Origin: Vicingaceae bacterium
Lineage (GTDB): Bacteria > Bacteroidota > Bacteroidia > Flavobacteriales_E > Vicingaceae
Direction of reading: 5' to 3'
Assembly: GCA_965218715.1 (NCBI GenBank)
Contig: CBDCLY010000006.1
Span: forward strand, 43,171-107,170
Length of the DNA: 64,000 nucleotides
In this document: positions 37,091 to 47,529 of the stretch, in pieces
How positions within the stretch are numbered: position 1 is the first letter of the stretch
Layout: the number at the start of each line of letters is the position of its first letter
Program-made: the position numbers and the translations under genes
The notes under the pieces: generated by a model
What the model was told of the DNA's origin: nothing
Seen by the model: the letters and a program-made list of their open reading frames with translations, nothing else
Databases searched by the model: none

Positions 37091-40000
37091 TTATTTGTGT
37101 ACTACAAATTTGCTAGTAATTGTTTTCCCTTGATGAACTAATCGAATGATATAGGTTCCATTATTCATTTCGCCAATATTCATTTCAACTTGATTTCTTC
37201 CTTTTTGAAGATTGGTCAAAGCTTCATCCTTAATCAGTTTTCCTCTAATATCAAAAACTGACAATTGAACATTTCCTCTTTCATTTAGAATAAAATCAAG
37301 AGTTGTTTGCTCTCTTGCAGGATTCGGATACAATTTGAATGAGTTTTTAAATTTTGCTTCATTGCTTTCATCATCCACTTCTGGAAGTCCAACAAATTGA
37401 TCTGTTTCAAAAATTCCTCGTCCATGCGTACCAGCATAAATTTTTCCATCATTGCCAGCGTACTCATAACCAAAATACATTTGCTCTAAGTCAAATACTG
37501 GCACTCTTCCCATTCCTACCGTTTCTTCAGTCCAAATTACATCCGGACCTGTAGTAATATCTGTTCTTCCTGGGCTGATGTTAGTTTGAGCAGTAATATA
37601 TGTTGTATCTGCTGGGAACCTAATGGTATCTGTATCGGTTATAATAGAGTCTGCAGGAACAATTATAGTGTCAGCCATAATGTGCTGAGTATCGGCAGGT
37701 GTAATAACAGTATCTGACCTTACAATTGTTTCAAAAGCATTTTCTGTTGCAAATACTCCGATCTCATTTCCTACTAGCACTCTTCCAAACTTATTCTTGT
37801 CCATTACAACAGTATAAGCAGGCGCTTTAGGAAGGCCATTGGTACCTAATCCTTGAATTGAAGTAAAAGTTCCTGTACTGTTCACCGCTGTTGTTGCGAT
37901 TGTTGTTCTTGAAACGAAAAATCCATTTCCATAGTTTCCTAAAGAAACTATTACATTGTCTGGATTGTCTTGATCAACGGAAACATCAGTTACCGAACGG
38001 CCAGAAAACGAGCCAATTTGTCTACATTGACCGCTTAGAAGAGTATCTTGAATATTATACCAAGAACCGAAACTTGATTCTGTAGCATCACTATTCACTC
38101 TATTTAGATTAGATATTCTATATAGTTTTCCATCTTGCGTTCCTAGGAATAAATAATTCCCATCACGGCTAAAATCCATACATAAAACATCAGTTGTAAT
38201 AGGATCAGGAGAAGAATTTGGGCCAGCAATAGAGAACCACTTAATGTTTGGTTTGTTACGCATCATGTCTCTAGTCATATAAACGTTTCTTTGTCCATAC
38301 GTAGATCCTTGTCCGGGCCAGTTTGCAGTTGCAAAAATAGTTTGCACTTTATCAGGCATTCTAAAGGAGTAACCAAAACTAATTTGGAATTCTTGGGTAA
38401 TTAATGAGTCTGCCTTAACCGTAAGGTCTATCGCTCCAACAAAAGAGTTGGTATAAGCAACTGGATTATCCAATGTATAGGATAAAATCTCATCAGGTCT
38501 GCTGTCTCTATAATTAATAAAGATTCTACTGTTGGTTGTATCCACAACAATGGTATCATAATTTACCACCTTAGTCATTCTATTCAAGCCATTAAAATTG
38601 CTTGCAACTCGATCGACTGCACCAGTTAAAGTATCCGTTGGATAAATGTTTCTTGAAGTAGACTCAGTTTGTTCTATATGACGAACATTATTGCTATTGT
38701 CACTTTCATAAGTATACACTGTCCCTGCTGGTATTGGAGGAAGATCTGTTCTTTCTTCTGCTATTAGCACAGAATCCATTGGAGCTGGATGATCAAAAGT
38801 CTCCCACAATTTAGTTGTTGAATAAAACACTTCAGAACATCCTTCTGGAGTACCACACAAACCACCTAAAAACGAGTTAGCTCCAGTTACATCAGCAACA
38901 GAAAGATTACTATTTCCTGAAGTTGATCCTATACCTTGTATTCTTGCAATTCTATTAAATTGAGAGGAGGCAAATCCGATGGATGGATTAACGGTAGATA
39001 GGTCTGCATCAAATCCATCTCCACCTAAAACTTCAATACCGCCTAGTCCGTTGTTAAAGCCTAAGCCAATAGCGTGAGACCCATTATCTTGAGTTCCCCC
39101 TAATACGATGTCGTTTGGTCCTACTCCAATATTATAATATTGAGTTACAGCGTACTTATTGTTAAATGCAGAATAAAATGGTGTTGAAGCATTAAAATTG
39201 ATTGATTTATAAATTCCACCATCTGTAGCGATGTATGCTATGTCAGAATTATTTGGGTCAAAAGATACTCTGTGCTTATCTGCATGTACATAAAAAGGAA
39301 TTAAATTCCCAGCAGGAGTTCTATCAATCAAAATATCAATTTGATTCCATGATCCATTTACAGGAGCAGGATCTGTAGAACTTTGTTCCCATCTGTACAT
39401 GGTAACACCTGCAACAATGATTTTCCCTGGATCGTCTGGATAAACAGAAATTGCATTATCCCAACCACCTTGACAATTTACTCCAACATTTCCTAACATT
39501 TCAAAGGATGAAGATCCACTTGGTGAAATTCTTTCCCAATTGATTCCGCCATCTTTTGAACGAAAAACACCCTCTAAACAAGTGGCTGAATTTGCTCTTG
39601 CAACAGAAGCATACATGATATTACTATTAGAAGGGGCTATTGCACATTCCACTCTAGATGCTCTTGGAATGTTGTTTCTATAAAAATGTACGGCGCTATT
39701 GTGAGAAATGTATAAATCTCCACCCTGGTATGAAACAAGTACCTTACCGTCAGCTGTTGCATCAACATCATTCGCTCTTCTATTGAACTTAATTGGATCT
39801 GTAATTGAAGGTTCAGCTCCCGACATGTCAATGATTCTAAATCCATTGTTCATGGCAACAAATAATCGATTGGGGTCAGTTGGATCCGCTTCAATTTGTC
39901 CAATTGTAGCAAAATCTTCAAAACTAGATAGTCTATTATCAGGAGCAACAATTGTTTGATAATTGCCATTTCCAATAAGCTTATGGATACCACTTCCAAG

Positions 40001-40525
40001 GAAATAATATCCTCTTCCACCTGATCCACCGGTTTCAAAATGACCACCTGTTCCTACATAAATACTCCCATCAGTAGCTTGAGTAATGCAAGAAATGTTT
40101 TTAACTTCATAATCCGTATCGTAAGGCGCCCAGTTTTGGCCTGCATCATTGGATACAAAAACACCACCTGCAACACCACCTGCATAAAGGCGATTGGAAT
40201 TATTTCTATCAATTAAAAAAGCTCTAGTTCTACCTCCCATATTATCTGGGCCTTTAAAATTCCAATTTACACCTAGAGTTGCTTTTCCTTTTGGCAAGCG
40301 AGATGCTTGCTTATAAGCAGCCTCAACATCCTGAGAGTTTATTTCACCAGTAACTTGATTGGCTTTAATTGACTTAATATAATCCAAGTACCCTGAAGCT
40401 GATTTTGGACTTTCAGCATTATTTCTTGGGAAATAAGTTGCTTCATTTGATTTTGTGGCAAAAAACAAGCCTGTTCCAAGCAACCCAATAGAGAGGGTCA
40501 AAAGTGTAAACCTTTTGATTTTCAT
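37091..40525 (-). CDS. Large secreted BNR/sortilin(VPS10)-like repeat protein with T9SS C-terminal sorting domain
   Basis: Signal peptide. Repeats of SxDxGxxW type (SNDAGQNW, SKDGGINW). CTD: LYPNPAREQTTL...VFDIRGKLI...GTYIIRL. Confidence 0.75.
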   Translation of the reverse strand: MKIKRFTLLTLSIGLLGTGLFFATKSNEATYFPRNNAESPKSASGYLDYIKSIKANQVTGEINSQDVEAAYKQASRLPKGKATLGVNWNFKGPDNMGGRTRAFLIDRNNSNRLYAGGVAGGVFVSNDAGQNWAPYDTDYEVKNISCITQATDGSIYVGTGGHFETGGSGGRGYYFLGSGIHKLIGNGNYQTIVAPDNRLSSFEDFATIGQIEADPTDPNRLFVAMNNGFRIIDMSGAEPSITDPIKFNRRANDVDATADGKVLVSYQGGDLYISHNSAVHFYRNNIPRASRVECAIAPSNSNIMYASVARANSATCLEGVFRSKDGGINWERISPSGSSSFEMLGNVGVNCQGGWDNAISVYPDDPGKIIVAGVTMYRWEQSSTDPAPVNGSWNQIDILIDRTPAGNLIPFYVHADKHRVSFDPNNSDIAYIATDGGIYKSINFNASTPFYSAFNNKYAVTQYYNIGVGPNDIVLGGTQDNGSHAIGLGFNNGLGGIEVLGGDGFDADLSTVNPSIGFASSQFNRIARIQGIGSTSGNSNLSVADVTGANSFLGGLCGTPEGCSEVFYSTTKLWETFDHPAPMDSVLIAEERTDLPPIPAGTVYTYESDNSNNVRHIEQTESTSRNIYPTDTLTGAVDRVASNFNGLNRMTKVVNYDTIVVDTTNSRIFINYRDSRPDEILSYTLDNPVAYTNSFVGAIDLTVKADSLITQEFQISFGYSFRMPDKVQTIFATANWPGQGSTYGQRNVYMTRDMMRNKPNIKWFSIAGPNSSPDPITTDVLCMDFSRDGNYLFLGTQDGKLYRISNLNRVNSDATESSFGSWYNIQDTLLSGQCRQIGSFSGRSVTDVSVDQDNPDNVIVSLGNYGNGFFVSRTTIATTAVNSTGTFTSIQGLGTNGLPKAPAYTVVMDKNKFGRVLVGNEIGVFATENAFETIVRSDTVITPADTQHIMADTIIVPADSIITDTDTIRFPADTTYITAQTNISPGRTDITTGPDVIWTEETVGMGRVPVFDLEQMYFGYEYAGNDGKIYAGTHGRGIFETDQFVGLPEVDDESNEAKFKNSFKLYPNPAREQTTLDFILNERGNVQLSVFDIRGKLIKDEALTNLQKGRNQVEMNIGEMNNGTYIIRLVHQGKTITSKFVVHK

Positions 40526-40658
40526 AGCATTACGTATTTTAATTAAACTACAGTACGGAGCGACAATTTACGAATTAATTCATATGCAAAAAATAATTTC
40601 AGCATTTGTTCATTCACTAATTAAGACAAACTGAATTGTCATTTTGTTGCCTGAGAAT

Positions 40659-41408
40659 TTATTTTAATTCTCTTGTCCCAAAAAGCAGGTTGATATAGAT
40701 GTTAAGAAACCATGCTCTGTTTTCTGTAAGGGCCATAATTGGTACTTTTTGAAAATAGAGATCAGAAGTCAAACCAACTTCTACTGAGCGCAATGTTTCC
40801 CTATTTTTAGCATAATCGAAGTGCAAACCAAATTTGCTAAAAATTCCAGGGTACAATTTAAGTTCGTCTATTCCATTAAAGAAGGAAGCACGACCATAAA
40901 TATCATCCTGTCCGTGCACCTCAGGATCATACCTTCTTTTAACGATATTGAAACTATTCAGGGTGTTTAGTTCGCGTTCGCGTATGTTCAAGTAAATTGG
41001 TTTGGCTAAGCCTAGACTGGGGCCCATTTGAAAAACATAGGAGATGGCCACCCCTCGAATGGATTGTTTGGGAATAAAAATGTGTTGAGTTCCAATGCTA
41101 GGTCTGAAAGTAAAAAATGAATTCAATTTACCATAGATATACCCTTTTACATCGTCTTCGAATTGGCTAATTGATTTTATTTCCTTAGGATGTTTAAGGG
41201 TAGCGAATTCAATGGCATAAATTCTTTTTGTGAATCCGGATTGGTATTGTGCGTACCTAAAATTTAAGCCAAAACCACTTGTATGTATGCTTATTCCACC
41301 AGAATATTCCTCTGAAAAAAGAGTCGTTTTTTCTTCAAAGATGGTTTCCTGAGCAATAATACTCGAACCAAACAGAAGAAATAAAAAAAAACCTAGAAGT
41401 CGTTTCAA
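40659..41408 (-). CDS. Hypothetical secreted/outer-membrane protein
   Basis: Signal peptide MKRLLGFFLFLLFGSSIIAQE. The alternating hydrophobic pattern suggests beta-rich structure. No motif recognised. Confidence 0.45.
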   Translation of the reverse strand: MKRLLGFFLFLLFGSSIIAQETIFEEKTTLFSEEYSGGISIHTSGFGLNFRYAQYQSGFTKRIYAIEFATLKHPKEIKSISQFEDDVKGYIYGKLNSFFTFRPSIGTQHIFIPKQSIRGVAISYVFQMGPSLGLAKPIYLNIRERELNTLNSFNIVKRRYDPEVHGQDDIYGRASFFNGIDELKLYPGIFSKFGLHFDYAKNRETLRSVEVGLTSDLYFQKVPIMALTENRAWFLNIYINLLFGTRELK

Positions 41409-41451
41409 GAAATTAATTTTACAACAAATTTAATAAAAGCAAATTATCAGT

Positions 41452-41859
41452 ATGGGAAATCTAATGAAAGGAACTTATCAAAATAATTTAAGAGTAAATA
41501 ATCTTCACGAACTCTCTGGACAAACATTATTAACAGACGCCCCATTAGACAACCAGGGACTTGGAAATTCCTTTTCACCAACTGATTTACTAGCATCTGC
41601 CCTTGGCTCATGTATGATTACAATCATAGCCATCCGTGCTCGATCAAAAAACATTGAAATTGGTCAACCACAATATGCCGCAATAAAATCGATGGCGAGC
41701 GGACCGAGGAAAATCAAGAAAATAGAACTTGAAATAAAATTTGATGTTAATTTAAACCAGGAAGAGCGAAATTTCTTAGAAATTGAAGCAAGAAAATGTC
41801 CTGTGGCACTAAGCCTAGACCATTCAATTGAGCAAGCCGTAGTTTTTAAATATGCTTAG
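41452..41859 (+). CDS. OsmC family protein (peroxiredoxin-like)
   Basis: Two conserved Cys contexts (ALGSCM and ARKCPV) at the spacing typical of OsmC/Ohr. Confidence 0.8.
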   Translation: MGNLMKGTYQNNLRVNNLHELSGQTLLTDAPLDNQGLGNSFSPTDLLASALGSCMITIIAIRARSKNIEIGQPQYAAIKSMASGPRKIKKIELEIKFDVNLNQEERNFLEIEARKCPVALSLDHSIEQAVVFKYA

Positions 41860-42178
41860 CGACTTCTTTTGCGAAGATGGAAAGGTGAGATGCGTGATAC
41901 ACCAACTTATTGTCTTTAATCAATAGAATTTGAGGTGACTCATGTTGAAGTTGGTATAACTCGGCGATGCGTTGACTAAAAGATCTACTGGAAATCACAT
42001 TCACTTGAAAAATTGGCACGGTAGGATTAAGTGTTTCCGAATTTCCACTTATCCTGTTTTTAGCAGTACTACTAATAATGCACCTTGTGCTATGCTTGAA
42101 TAGAGCGAATGGTTTTCCTGCCTGTTTTTGAACAAGAAGATTTAAACTTTCTTCAGAATCAATCTCTTCCCAATTCAA
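41846..42178 (-). CDS. ytxJ: YtxJ-like thioredoxin-fold protein (bacillithiol-system monothiol protein)
   Basis: 110 aa. Single-Cys motif KHSTRCIIS matches the YtxJ TCPIS-type site. Confidence 0.72.
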   Translation of the reverse strand: MNWEEIDSEESLNLLVQKQAGKPFALFKHSTRCIISSTAKNRISGNSETLNPTVPIFQVNVISSRSFSQRIAELYQLQHESPQILLIKDNKLVYHASHLSIFAKEVAKHI

Positions 42179-42304
42179 TTAAGAAGGAGTCTGTGTAGTA
42201 CCTGGATTAGTCTGACTGTAAGCAGCACATCTTTGATGACTTCTACAGGAGAATAAAGTTGCAACAATAAATAGGGCAACAAGACTATAAATAAGCTTTT
42301 TCAT
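42179..42304 (-). CDS. Small 41-aa lipoprotein (MKKLIYSLVALFIVATLFSCRSHQRCAAYSQTNPGTTQTPS)
   Basis: Hand-translated and below the ORF-track cutoff. Lipobox-like LFSC. Its TAA (42179-42181) directly abuts the ytxJ start codon (42176-42178). Confidence 0.5.
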   Translation of the reverse strand: MKKLIYSLVALFIVATLFSCRSHQRCAAYSQTNPGTTQTPS

Positions 42305-42402
42305 TTTTCTTTAATTAGATTAGCCGTGCTCAAAATTAAGTAAAAGGGAGCACTAGAAACTTCTAGATTGCAATTTTGTTAACAATGGAATCTTAACAGC
42401 GA

Positions 42403-43098
42403 ATGAAAACGAAGTATTTTACCCAATTAGTATCTCAATTGAATGATGATTGGTACCTATTACTTAAGGCCGAGCTAGAAAAACCCTATTTTATAACCTT
42501 ATGCAAAAAATTATCTTTAGAAAAAGCAGCAATATACCCTGCAAGTCAAGACACTTTTAAAGCGCTCAACCTTTGCAATTTAGATAATGTGAAGGTAGTT
42601 ATCCTTGGCCAAGACCCTTACCACAACGAAGGTCAAGCAAATGGTCTGTGCTTTTCAGTCCCAGAGGGAATGACCATTCCACCTTCTCTGAGGAACATTA
42701 TTAAAGAATTAAACCAGGACTTGGGAATTGAATTAAAATCAGGAGATCTTAGTGGATGGGCGCAACAAGGTGTATTGCTGCTAAACGCGGCCTTAAGTGT
42801 GGAAGCCCATAGTGCTAGTTCTCACCTCACTTGGGGCTGGGAGAATTTCACAGATGCTATTATCGATTTGGTGCAATTTAAGCGAAAAGATGTCGTTTTT
42901 TTGCTCTGGGGAAATTACGCCAGAAAGAAAAAAAATCGGATAGATCAAAACAAACACTGCATTATTGAGGCACCTCACCCTTCTCCACTTTCTGCCCATA
43001 GGGGATTTTTTGGAAGTAAAGTGTTTTCTAAATGCAACGAATATCTAGCACAATCTGGCAAAACCAGAATTGATTGGAAAAAGAACCAAGCGTATTAA
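42403..43098 (+). CDS. ung: Uracil-DNA glycosylase (family 1)
   Basis: GQDPYH and HPSPLS motifs. Confidence 0.95.
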   Translation: MKTKYFTQLVSQLNDDWYLLLKAELEKPYFITLCKKLSLEKAAIYPASQDTFKALNLCNLDNVKVVILGQDPYHNEGQANGLCFSVPEGMTIPPSLRNIIKELNQDLGIELKSGDLSGWAQQGVLLLNAALSVEAHSASSHLTWGWENFTDAIIDLVQFKRKDVVFLLWGNYARKKKNRIDQNKHCIIEAPHPSPLSAHRGFFGSKVFSKCNEYLAQSGKTRIDWKKNQAY

Positions 43099-44841
43099 AT
43101 GAGAGCACTAATTCCTCTTTTTTGTTTTCTTTTTTTGAGCCTATTTGCAAATCAAATTGTTCAAGCACAATTGGTGTTAAAGCCTCTTGGCTTGGATGGG
43201 CTAAAAATAAAACCCCCAAAAGAGGTCCAATCAAAAGAAGCTGCTGTCGATTGGGGAAACCAGCTAATTGCAGAACTAATTGGTGACTCCTACCTTGCTG
43301 CAAGTTTTGATTCAATTTCTATTCTTAATGATACAGCCATTCTTTTCTTCCATGGATTAGAAAAATACAAATGGGCTCAATTGGATAAAGGAAATGTTCC
43401 AGAAGAAGAACTTTTAAACATTGACCCTAGTAATCGGCTTTTCTTGAGCCGACCCTTTTCTGGCAAACAATTGCAGAACCTATTTAACAAAATAATTAAG
43501 TATTACGAAAACATAGGATATCCTTTTGCTAGTGTAAAACTAGACCAAGTAACTATTGGACAAGACCAGGACATTCACGCAGAACTTCAACTAAAAAAGA
43601 ATCAAAAATATTCCTTCGACAGCCTTATTTTATCCAAAAATCCAGGGATTAATAAAAGCTACTTAATGAGGCATCTTGGGCTTGAAGAAGGCAGTATTTA
43701 TCAGGAGCAAAACATTGCCCTTGTGGAAACTAGACTAAAAGAACTTCCTTTTATCCAAATCCTTAAAAAACCTGAACTTCAATTTTTTGAAGAACATGTA
43801 AAATTGTTACTAAGCATTAAGCGTAAACAAGCCAGTAGATTTAATGGCATACTAGGACTATTAACAGATGAGGAAACAGGTAAAATTGAACTTACAGGTG
43901 ACATCGATTTTAATTTGTTGAATGGATTTAAAAGGGGCGAGCAAATTGGCTTAAAATGGAGGAAACTGAAGGGCAATTCTCAAGAACTAAATTTAAATTT
44001 TGGACTCCCTTATTTCCTCAATTCAGCATTTGGAATTGAAAGCTCTTTTCTTTTGTTCAAAAGAGATACTTCCTTTCTTGATTTAAATGCCCAAATCGGA
44101 GTGAATTATAATTTGAGACGGGCAGAATTTTTAAAGATTTTTTACAAAAACAAGCAATCTAATTTATTATCAAGAAAAAGTCTAATCAACAACAATAGTG
44201 GCAGTTTACCAGCTTTAGGTGACGTTCGAATAAACTCTATTGGATTAGCTTATCGACTAGAGCGATTAGATTATAGGTTTAATCCTAGAAAGGGTTGGGA
44301 CATACAATCAGAATTTGCAATTGGGCAGAAAAGACTCCTGAAGATATTGGCCCTAGAACAAGAATTCCCTGACATTTACGAAAACATCAATTTAAAAACC
44401 AATCAATTTGAAGGATCACTTAGTGTCAGTAAGTTTTTTCCAATAAAAAATAGGTCAAGTTTTTTAGTCAGACTTAGCGGCTCTAGCCTTTATTCTGAAC
44501 AAGTGTATAGCAATGAGCTTTTTCGAATTGGTGGTTTAAATAGCCTTAGAGGGTTTGATGAAGCCTCTATTCTAGCATCAACATTTACTATTTTGAGTTT
44601 AGAGTATCGCTTTTTATTGGATCAGAATTCTTTTTTCAATTTGTTTGGTGATTTTGGCAATTATGAAGTAAACACAAGCGATGAATATTACAATGATCAA
44701 CCCATTGGACTTGGAGCAGGAATTAATTTTGAAACCAACGCTGGAATTTTCAGCTTGAATTATGCCATCGGAAAACAATTCAACAACCCGATTGACCTAA
44801 GGGCTGCCAAAATACATTTTGGTTTTATCAACTACTTTTAA
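43099..44841 (+). CDS. Omp85 (BamA/TamA-like) outer-membrane protein
   Basis: Signal peptide, POTRA-like N-terminus, LRGF motif and C-terminal beta-signal ending in F (HFGFINYF). Its ATG immediately follows the ung TAA. Confidence 0.68.
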   Translation: MRALIPLFCFLFLSLFANQIVQAQLVLKPLGLDGLKIKPPKEVQSKEAAVDWGNQLIAELIGDSYLAASFDSISILNDTAILFFHGLEKYKWAQLDKGNVPEEELLNIDPSNRLFLSRPFSGKQLQNLFNKIIKYYENIGYPFASVKLDQVTIGQDQDIHAELQLKKNQKYSFDSLILSKNPGINKSYLMRHLGLEEGSIYQEQNIALVETRLKELPFIQILKKPELQFFEEHVKLLLSIKRKQASRFNGILGLLTDEETGKIELTGDIDFNLLNGFKRGEQIGLKWRKLKGNSQELNLNFGLPYFLNSAFGIESSFLLFKRDTSFLDLNAQIGVNYNLRRAEFLKIFYKNKQSNLLSRKSLINNNSGSLPALGDVRINSIGLAYRLERLDYRFNPRKGWDIQSEFAIGQKRLLKILALEQEFPDIYENINLKTNQFEGSLSVSKFFPIKNRSSFLVRLSGSSLYSEQVYSNELFRIGGLNSLRGFDEASILASTFTILSLEYRFLLDQNSFFNLFGDFGNYEVNTSDEYYNDQPIGLGAGINFETNAGIFSLNYAIGKQFNNPIDLRAAKIHFGFINYF

Positions 44842-44906
44842 TAATCAAAAGGGCTAATTACGGGCCTCAATTTTGATTATCTTCGTTCCCTTATCTTATT
44901 ATTACC

Positions 44907-46265
44907 ATGGAAGCAATCTTTCATCCTTCTATTCTATTCGGACTCTTAATTGGTGCTATCTCCTGCTACCTAATTTTTAAAAACAAATTAAAGGAAAAGC
45001 CAGACAATAAGGAACAAGAAAGAGCCTGGGAATTGGAACATTTAGGAATGCAAAAAGAATTGGAACATCTAAATTCTAGAATCGAAAATTCTATTCTTGA
45101 ATTTGACAAACAGAAAAAACGTGAAATTGAATTGCAAGAAAAAATTGTTGATTTAAGTAAGGATTTTACTAGGGTACAGACCGAGAAGGTCAATCTAGAA
45201 GAACAATTGGAGAACCAGAAGGAAGAGTTGGTTCAAGTTCAAGAAAAATTAAATAAAGAGTTTCAATTGATTGCCAATTCTATTCTAAAACAAAATGCGA
45301 ATGACTTATCCAAATCTCACCAGAAGGAATTGAATCAAGTCCTCAATCCCCTTCAAGAAAAATTAAAATCATTTGAAGAGAAAATAGAAAAGAATTACAA
45401 AAACCAATCTGATGAAAGACTGGTATTAAAGGAGGAATTAAAACGCTTGATGGACCTCAATCAAAATTTAAATGAACAAGCTCAAAACCTTACTACTGCC
45501 TTAAAAGGAGAAAACAAAACACAAGGGAATTGGGGTGAACTAATTTTAGAGCGCGTTTTGGAAAGGTCTGGATTGATAAAGGGAGATGAATATGAAACCC
45601 AATTTAGCGACACCAATCGTGACGAGAAAAGAATACAACCAGATGTAATCATTCATCTGCCAGATGAGAAACACATTATTGTTGATGCAAAGGTTTCACT
45701 AGTTGCTTACGAGCGATATGTAAATGCTGAGGAAGATGCGATAAAAGACCTGGCTCTGAAACAACACATAGCAAGCATAAAAGACCACATAAAAAACCTA
45801 AGTGAAAAAAACTACCAAACTGCTAAAACATTAAATTCTCCGGATTTTGTATTGCTCTTCATACCCATAGAATCTTCTTTTAGTTTGGCTGTACAAGCCG
45901 ATTATTCATTGTTTAATTATGCTTGGGACAGGAAAATTGTTGTGGTAAGTCCAACAACATTATTAGCGACACTTAGAACAGTTTCTTCTTTATGGAAACA
46001 TGAGAGGCAGACTAAAAATGCGATTGAAATTGCTGATAAAGCTGGCGACTTGTATGATAAGTTCATTGGATTTATAGAAGATTTAAAACGAATAGATCAT
46101 AGTTTAAGCATGGGCAGAAAAGCCTATGATGATGCCTTTAACAAACTTAGTTCTGGTAGAGGGAATTTGGTAAAAAGGGCCGATGATTTGAAAAAAATGG
46201 GAGCAAAAGCAAACAAAACGATCCCAGCAGAATTTTTAAAAGAAAGCGAACATGAGGACCTATAA
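44907..46265 (+). CDS. rmuC: DNA recombination protein RmuC
   Basis: N-terminal TM, long coiled coil, then conserved GNWGE...PDV...VDAK...FIP nuclease-like core. Confidence 0.9.
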   Translation: MEAIFHPSILFGLLIGAISCYLIFKNKLKEKPDNKEQERAWELEHLGMQKELEHLNSRIENSILEFDKQKKREIELQEKIVDLSKDFTRVQTEKVNLEEQLENQKEELVQVQEKLNKEFQLIANSILKQNANDLSKSHQKELNQVLNPLQEKLKSFEEKIEKNYKNQSDERLVLKEELKRLMDLNQNLNEQAQNLTTALKGENKTQGNWGELILERVLERSGLIKGDEYETQFSDTNRDEKRIQPDVIIHLPDEKHIIVDAKVSLVAYERYVNAEEDAIKDLALKQHIASIKDHIKNLSEKNYQTAKTLNSPDFVLLFIPIESSFSLAVQADYSLFNYAWDRKIVVVSPTTLLATLRTVSSLWKHERQTKNAIEIADKAGDLYDKFIGFIEDLKRIDHSLSMGRKAYDDAFNKLSSGRGNLVKRADDLKKMGAKANKTIPAEFLKESEHEDL

Positions 46266-47529
46266 GATCCTACTTCCCATCTCTATTTGTTTGTTAATCT
46301 TCTCGTGCAAATCGAGTCAGTCTAGCTTTAATTATGACTACACTTATTTATACGAAAAGAATCAGAGGGCAATTAAACCACAGTTTAAAGTCTTCCATCA
46401 TTCCACAGATTCTAGTCTAGTTTATTTCAAATTTAAGGCAGCAGATGTTCTTTATGGGAAATTCAAAGATGATTCAATAAGCAAAGCAAATGTTTACATT
46501 AAGTATCGTGTAAAAAATGCTGAAAATTCTAGGCAAGTTTTGGACTCCAACATTATTGCTTTAAATGATGTTGGAGAGAACAATAGTGATCATGACCTAT
46601 TTGGTAACTTTTCCTTCCTAGCCCCATTAGGAAAAAAATTGATGCTTGAAATTAGATTTAGAGATGCGAATAGGGATTTAAATGTGAGGTATGATGTCTT
46701 TATTGATAAGCGATTGAATAACAATTATCAATTCTTTAGAATACTTGATGGAAAAGAGATATTATTGGATCAGTATTCTAGCGAAAACAAAGAACTCTTA
46801 ATTGAGAAAAGTCCTTTAATTGAATCAAACTCATTTTTAGTTGAAAGCAATAATCTTGCTAGCATTAAGGCCTCTCCCCCATTTGCAATGAACAATATCA
46901 ATGAAAAAATTTTCCATTCGGAAGAGAGCGACAGTTTAAATTTTATTGATCACAAGGCAAAAATTACATTGAATGCAAAACGAATTCGTTTGATTGATTT
47001 GAATCTGTCAACAGAAGAAGGAGAAGAAATTAAAGCTCTCCATTTGTTCAGTTTTCATCCCTCTTATCCAAAAATAAGCAGTTATGAGCAGGTAATAGAA
47101 CCTATTCGATACATCAGCACCAATAATGAATTTAAGCAATTACAGGAAGCTAGTGATAAAAAAGCGGCTTTTGAAAACTTCTGGTTGAAGCTTGGTAGAG
47201 ATGAAGAAACAGCTAAGAATTTGATCAACATTTATTACGAAAGGGTTGAAAATGCAAATCAATTTTTCACTTCTTTCAAGGAAGGCTGGAAAACGGATAG
47301 AGGAATAATAATGGTGGTATATGGAGAACCTTATGAAGTTGTTAAAACTAGAAATAAGGAGATTTGGCTGTATGGGGAAGAAAACAATATCCTATCTGTT
47401 AAATTTGAGTTTACCAGAAGAGGAAAAGCTTGGCACTACAATGATTTCAAGCTGTACAGAGATACTAACTTAAAAAATAACTGGTACCGTGCTGTTGATG
47501 CATGGCGACAAGGAAAACTGAATTCGTGA
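46252..47529 (+). CDS. GWxTD domain-containing lipoprotein
   Basis: Lipobox LIFSCKSS. C-terminal FKEGWKTDRGIIMVVYGEPYEV matches the GWxTD signature. Confidence 0.8.
   Translation: MRTYKILLPISICLLIFSCKSSQSSFNYDYTYLYEKNQRAIKPQFKVFHHSTDSSLVYFKFKAADVLYGKFKDDSISKANVYIKYRVKNAENSRQVLDSNIIALNDVGENNSDHDLFGNFSFLAPLGKKLMLEIRFRDANRDLNVRYDVFIDKRLNNNYQFFRILDGKEILLDQYSSENKELLIEKSPLIESNSFLVESNNLASIKASPPFAMNNINEKIFHSEESDSLNFIDHKAKITLNAKRIRLIDLNLSTEEGEEIKALHLFSFHPSYPKISSYEQVIEPIRYISTNNEFKQLQEASDKKAAFENFWLKLGRDEETAKNLINIYYERVENANQFFTSFKEGWKTDRGIIMVVYGEPYEVVKTRNKEIWLYGEENNILSVKFEFTRRGKAWHYNDFKLYRDTNLKNNWYRAVDAWRQGKLNS

Noticed and set aside
41408-42403. Strand-switch point (24 kb of minus-strand genes to the left, mostly plus-strand to the right) as a replication origin or terminus
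   Set aside because: There is no DnaA-box cluster (TTATCCACA-like), no dnaA, dnaN or dif-like context, and the gap is occupied by small genes. Strand bias alone is insufficient, and a GC-skew calculation would be needed.
43028-43315. ORFs 43028..43315 (-) and 43074..43286 (+) spanning the ung / Omp85 junction
   Set aside because: They overlap the well-supported end of ung and the signal-peptide region of the Omp85-like gene. They have no start context or motifs.
44843-44878. Inverted repeat aatcaaaa ... ttttgatt after the Omp85-like gene
   Set aside because: The arms are an 8-bp AT-only stem with a 20-nt loop, which is thermodynamically marginal. Such pairs are expected by chance in AT-rich spacers.
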